Below are positions 63,637 through 64,000 of a stretch of DNA of 64,000 nucleotides, piece by piece. A model generated the notes under the pieces. The model was not told the origin of the DNA. It saw only the letters and a list, made by a program, of their open reading frames with translations, and searched no databases. Source of the DNA: Octopus bimaculoides (lineage: Eukaryota); assembly GCF_001194135.2 (NCBI RefSeq), contig NC_068985.1:80882061-80946060 (forward strand). The letters are read 5' to 3'. The translations under genes were made by a program, and so were the position numbers. The first letter of the stretch is position 1; each line of letters opens with the position of its first letter.

Positions 63637-64000
63637 TTTGTGGCAGATGTTCAGGTGCAATAAAGACTGCAAACAAACAGGAAACAACTTCTATCTCATT
63701 CCAGGGTGAAAAACTAGAGGTAGTCGATAGCTTCCGCTATCTGGGCGACCAAGTTAGTAGTGGGGGTGGGTGCGCTGAAAGTGTAGCTGCTAGAATAAGA
63801 ATAGCCTGGGCAAAGTTTAGAGAGCTCTTACCCCTGCTGGCGACAAAGGGACTCTCACTCAGAGTAAAAGGCAGACTGTATGACGCATGCGTACGAACAA
63901 CCATGCTACATGGCAGTGAAACATGGGCTGTAACTGCTGAGGACATACGTAAGCTCGCAAGGAATGAAGCCAGTATGCTCCGTTGGATGTGTAATGTCAA
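63637..64000 (+). mobile_element. RTE-clade LINE, 5'-truncated, opposite orientation, runs off the window
   Basis: VCGRCSGAI...LEVVDSFRYLGDQ...SETWAVTAED. Confidence 0.9.

Noticed and set aside
63600-63640. Twin-priming 5' inversion of a single RTE
   Set aside because: The two parts overlap in element coordinates and differ in sequence; twin priming gives non-overlapping segments of one template.

Overview
AT-rich, microsatellite-dense eukaryotic DNA from a gapped short-read assembly (8 N-gaps, most abutting (TA)n). The repeat families suggest a coleoid cephalopod, probably Octopus (inference). No host gene can be called confidently; only low-confidence exon candidates were seen. The window is a patchwork of decayed mobile elements: an endonuclease-deleted Tx1/L1-type LINE nested inside a SINE, several RTE LINE copies, two R4/Dong-like (RLE) LINE remnants, a Ty3/Gypsy pol remnant, Penelope-like element (PLE) remnants, Tc1 (DD36E spacing), maT (DD37D) and mariner fragments, piggyBac- and Tc1-type MITEs, a Helentron-like element, and four tRNA-derived SINE families. 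The most notable observations are: (1) a 544-bp back-to-back inverted pair of type I hammerhead ribozyme motifs at 45641-46184, one with an intact catalytic core, plus several other hammerhead remnants; (2) a C4HC3 PHD-like finger inserted inside the RTE reverse transcriptase; (3) a variable-copy ~65-nt hairpin array in the RTE 3' UTR, and apparent (TA)n targeting by this RTE; (4) several long inverted repeats, including a 116-bp near-perfect pair 1.1 kb apart; (5) a perfect RFX X-box palindrome. Coordinates were read by eye, and boundaries of decayed elements are approximate.
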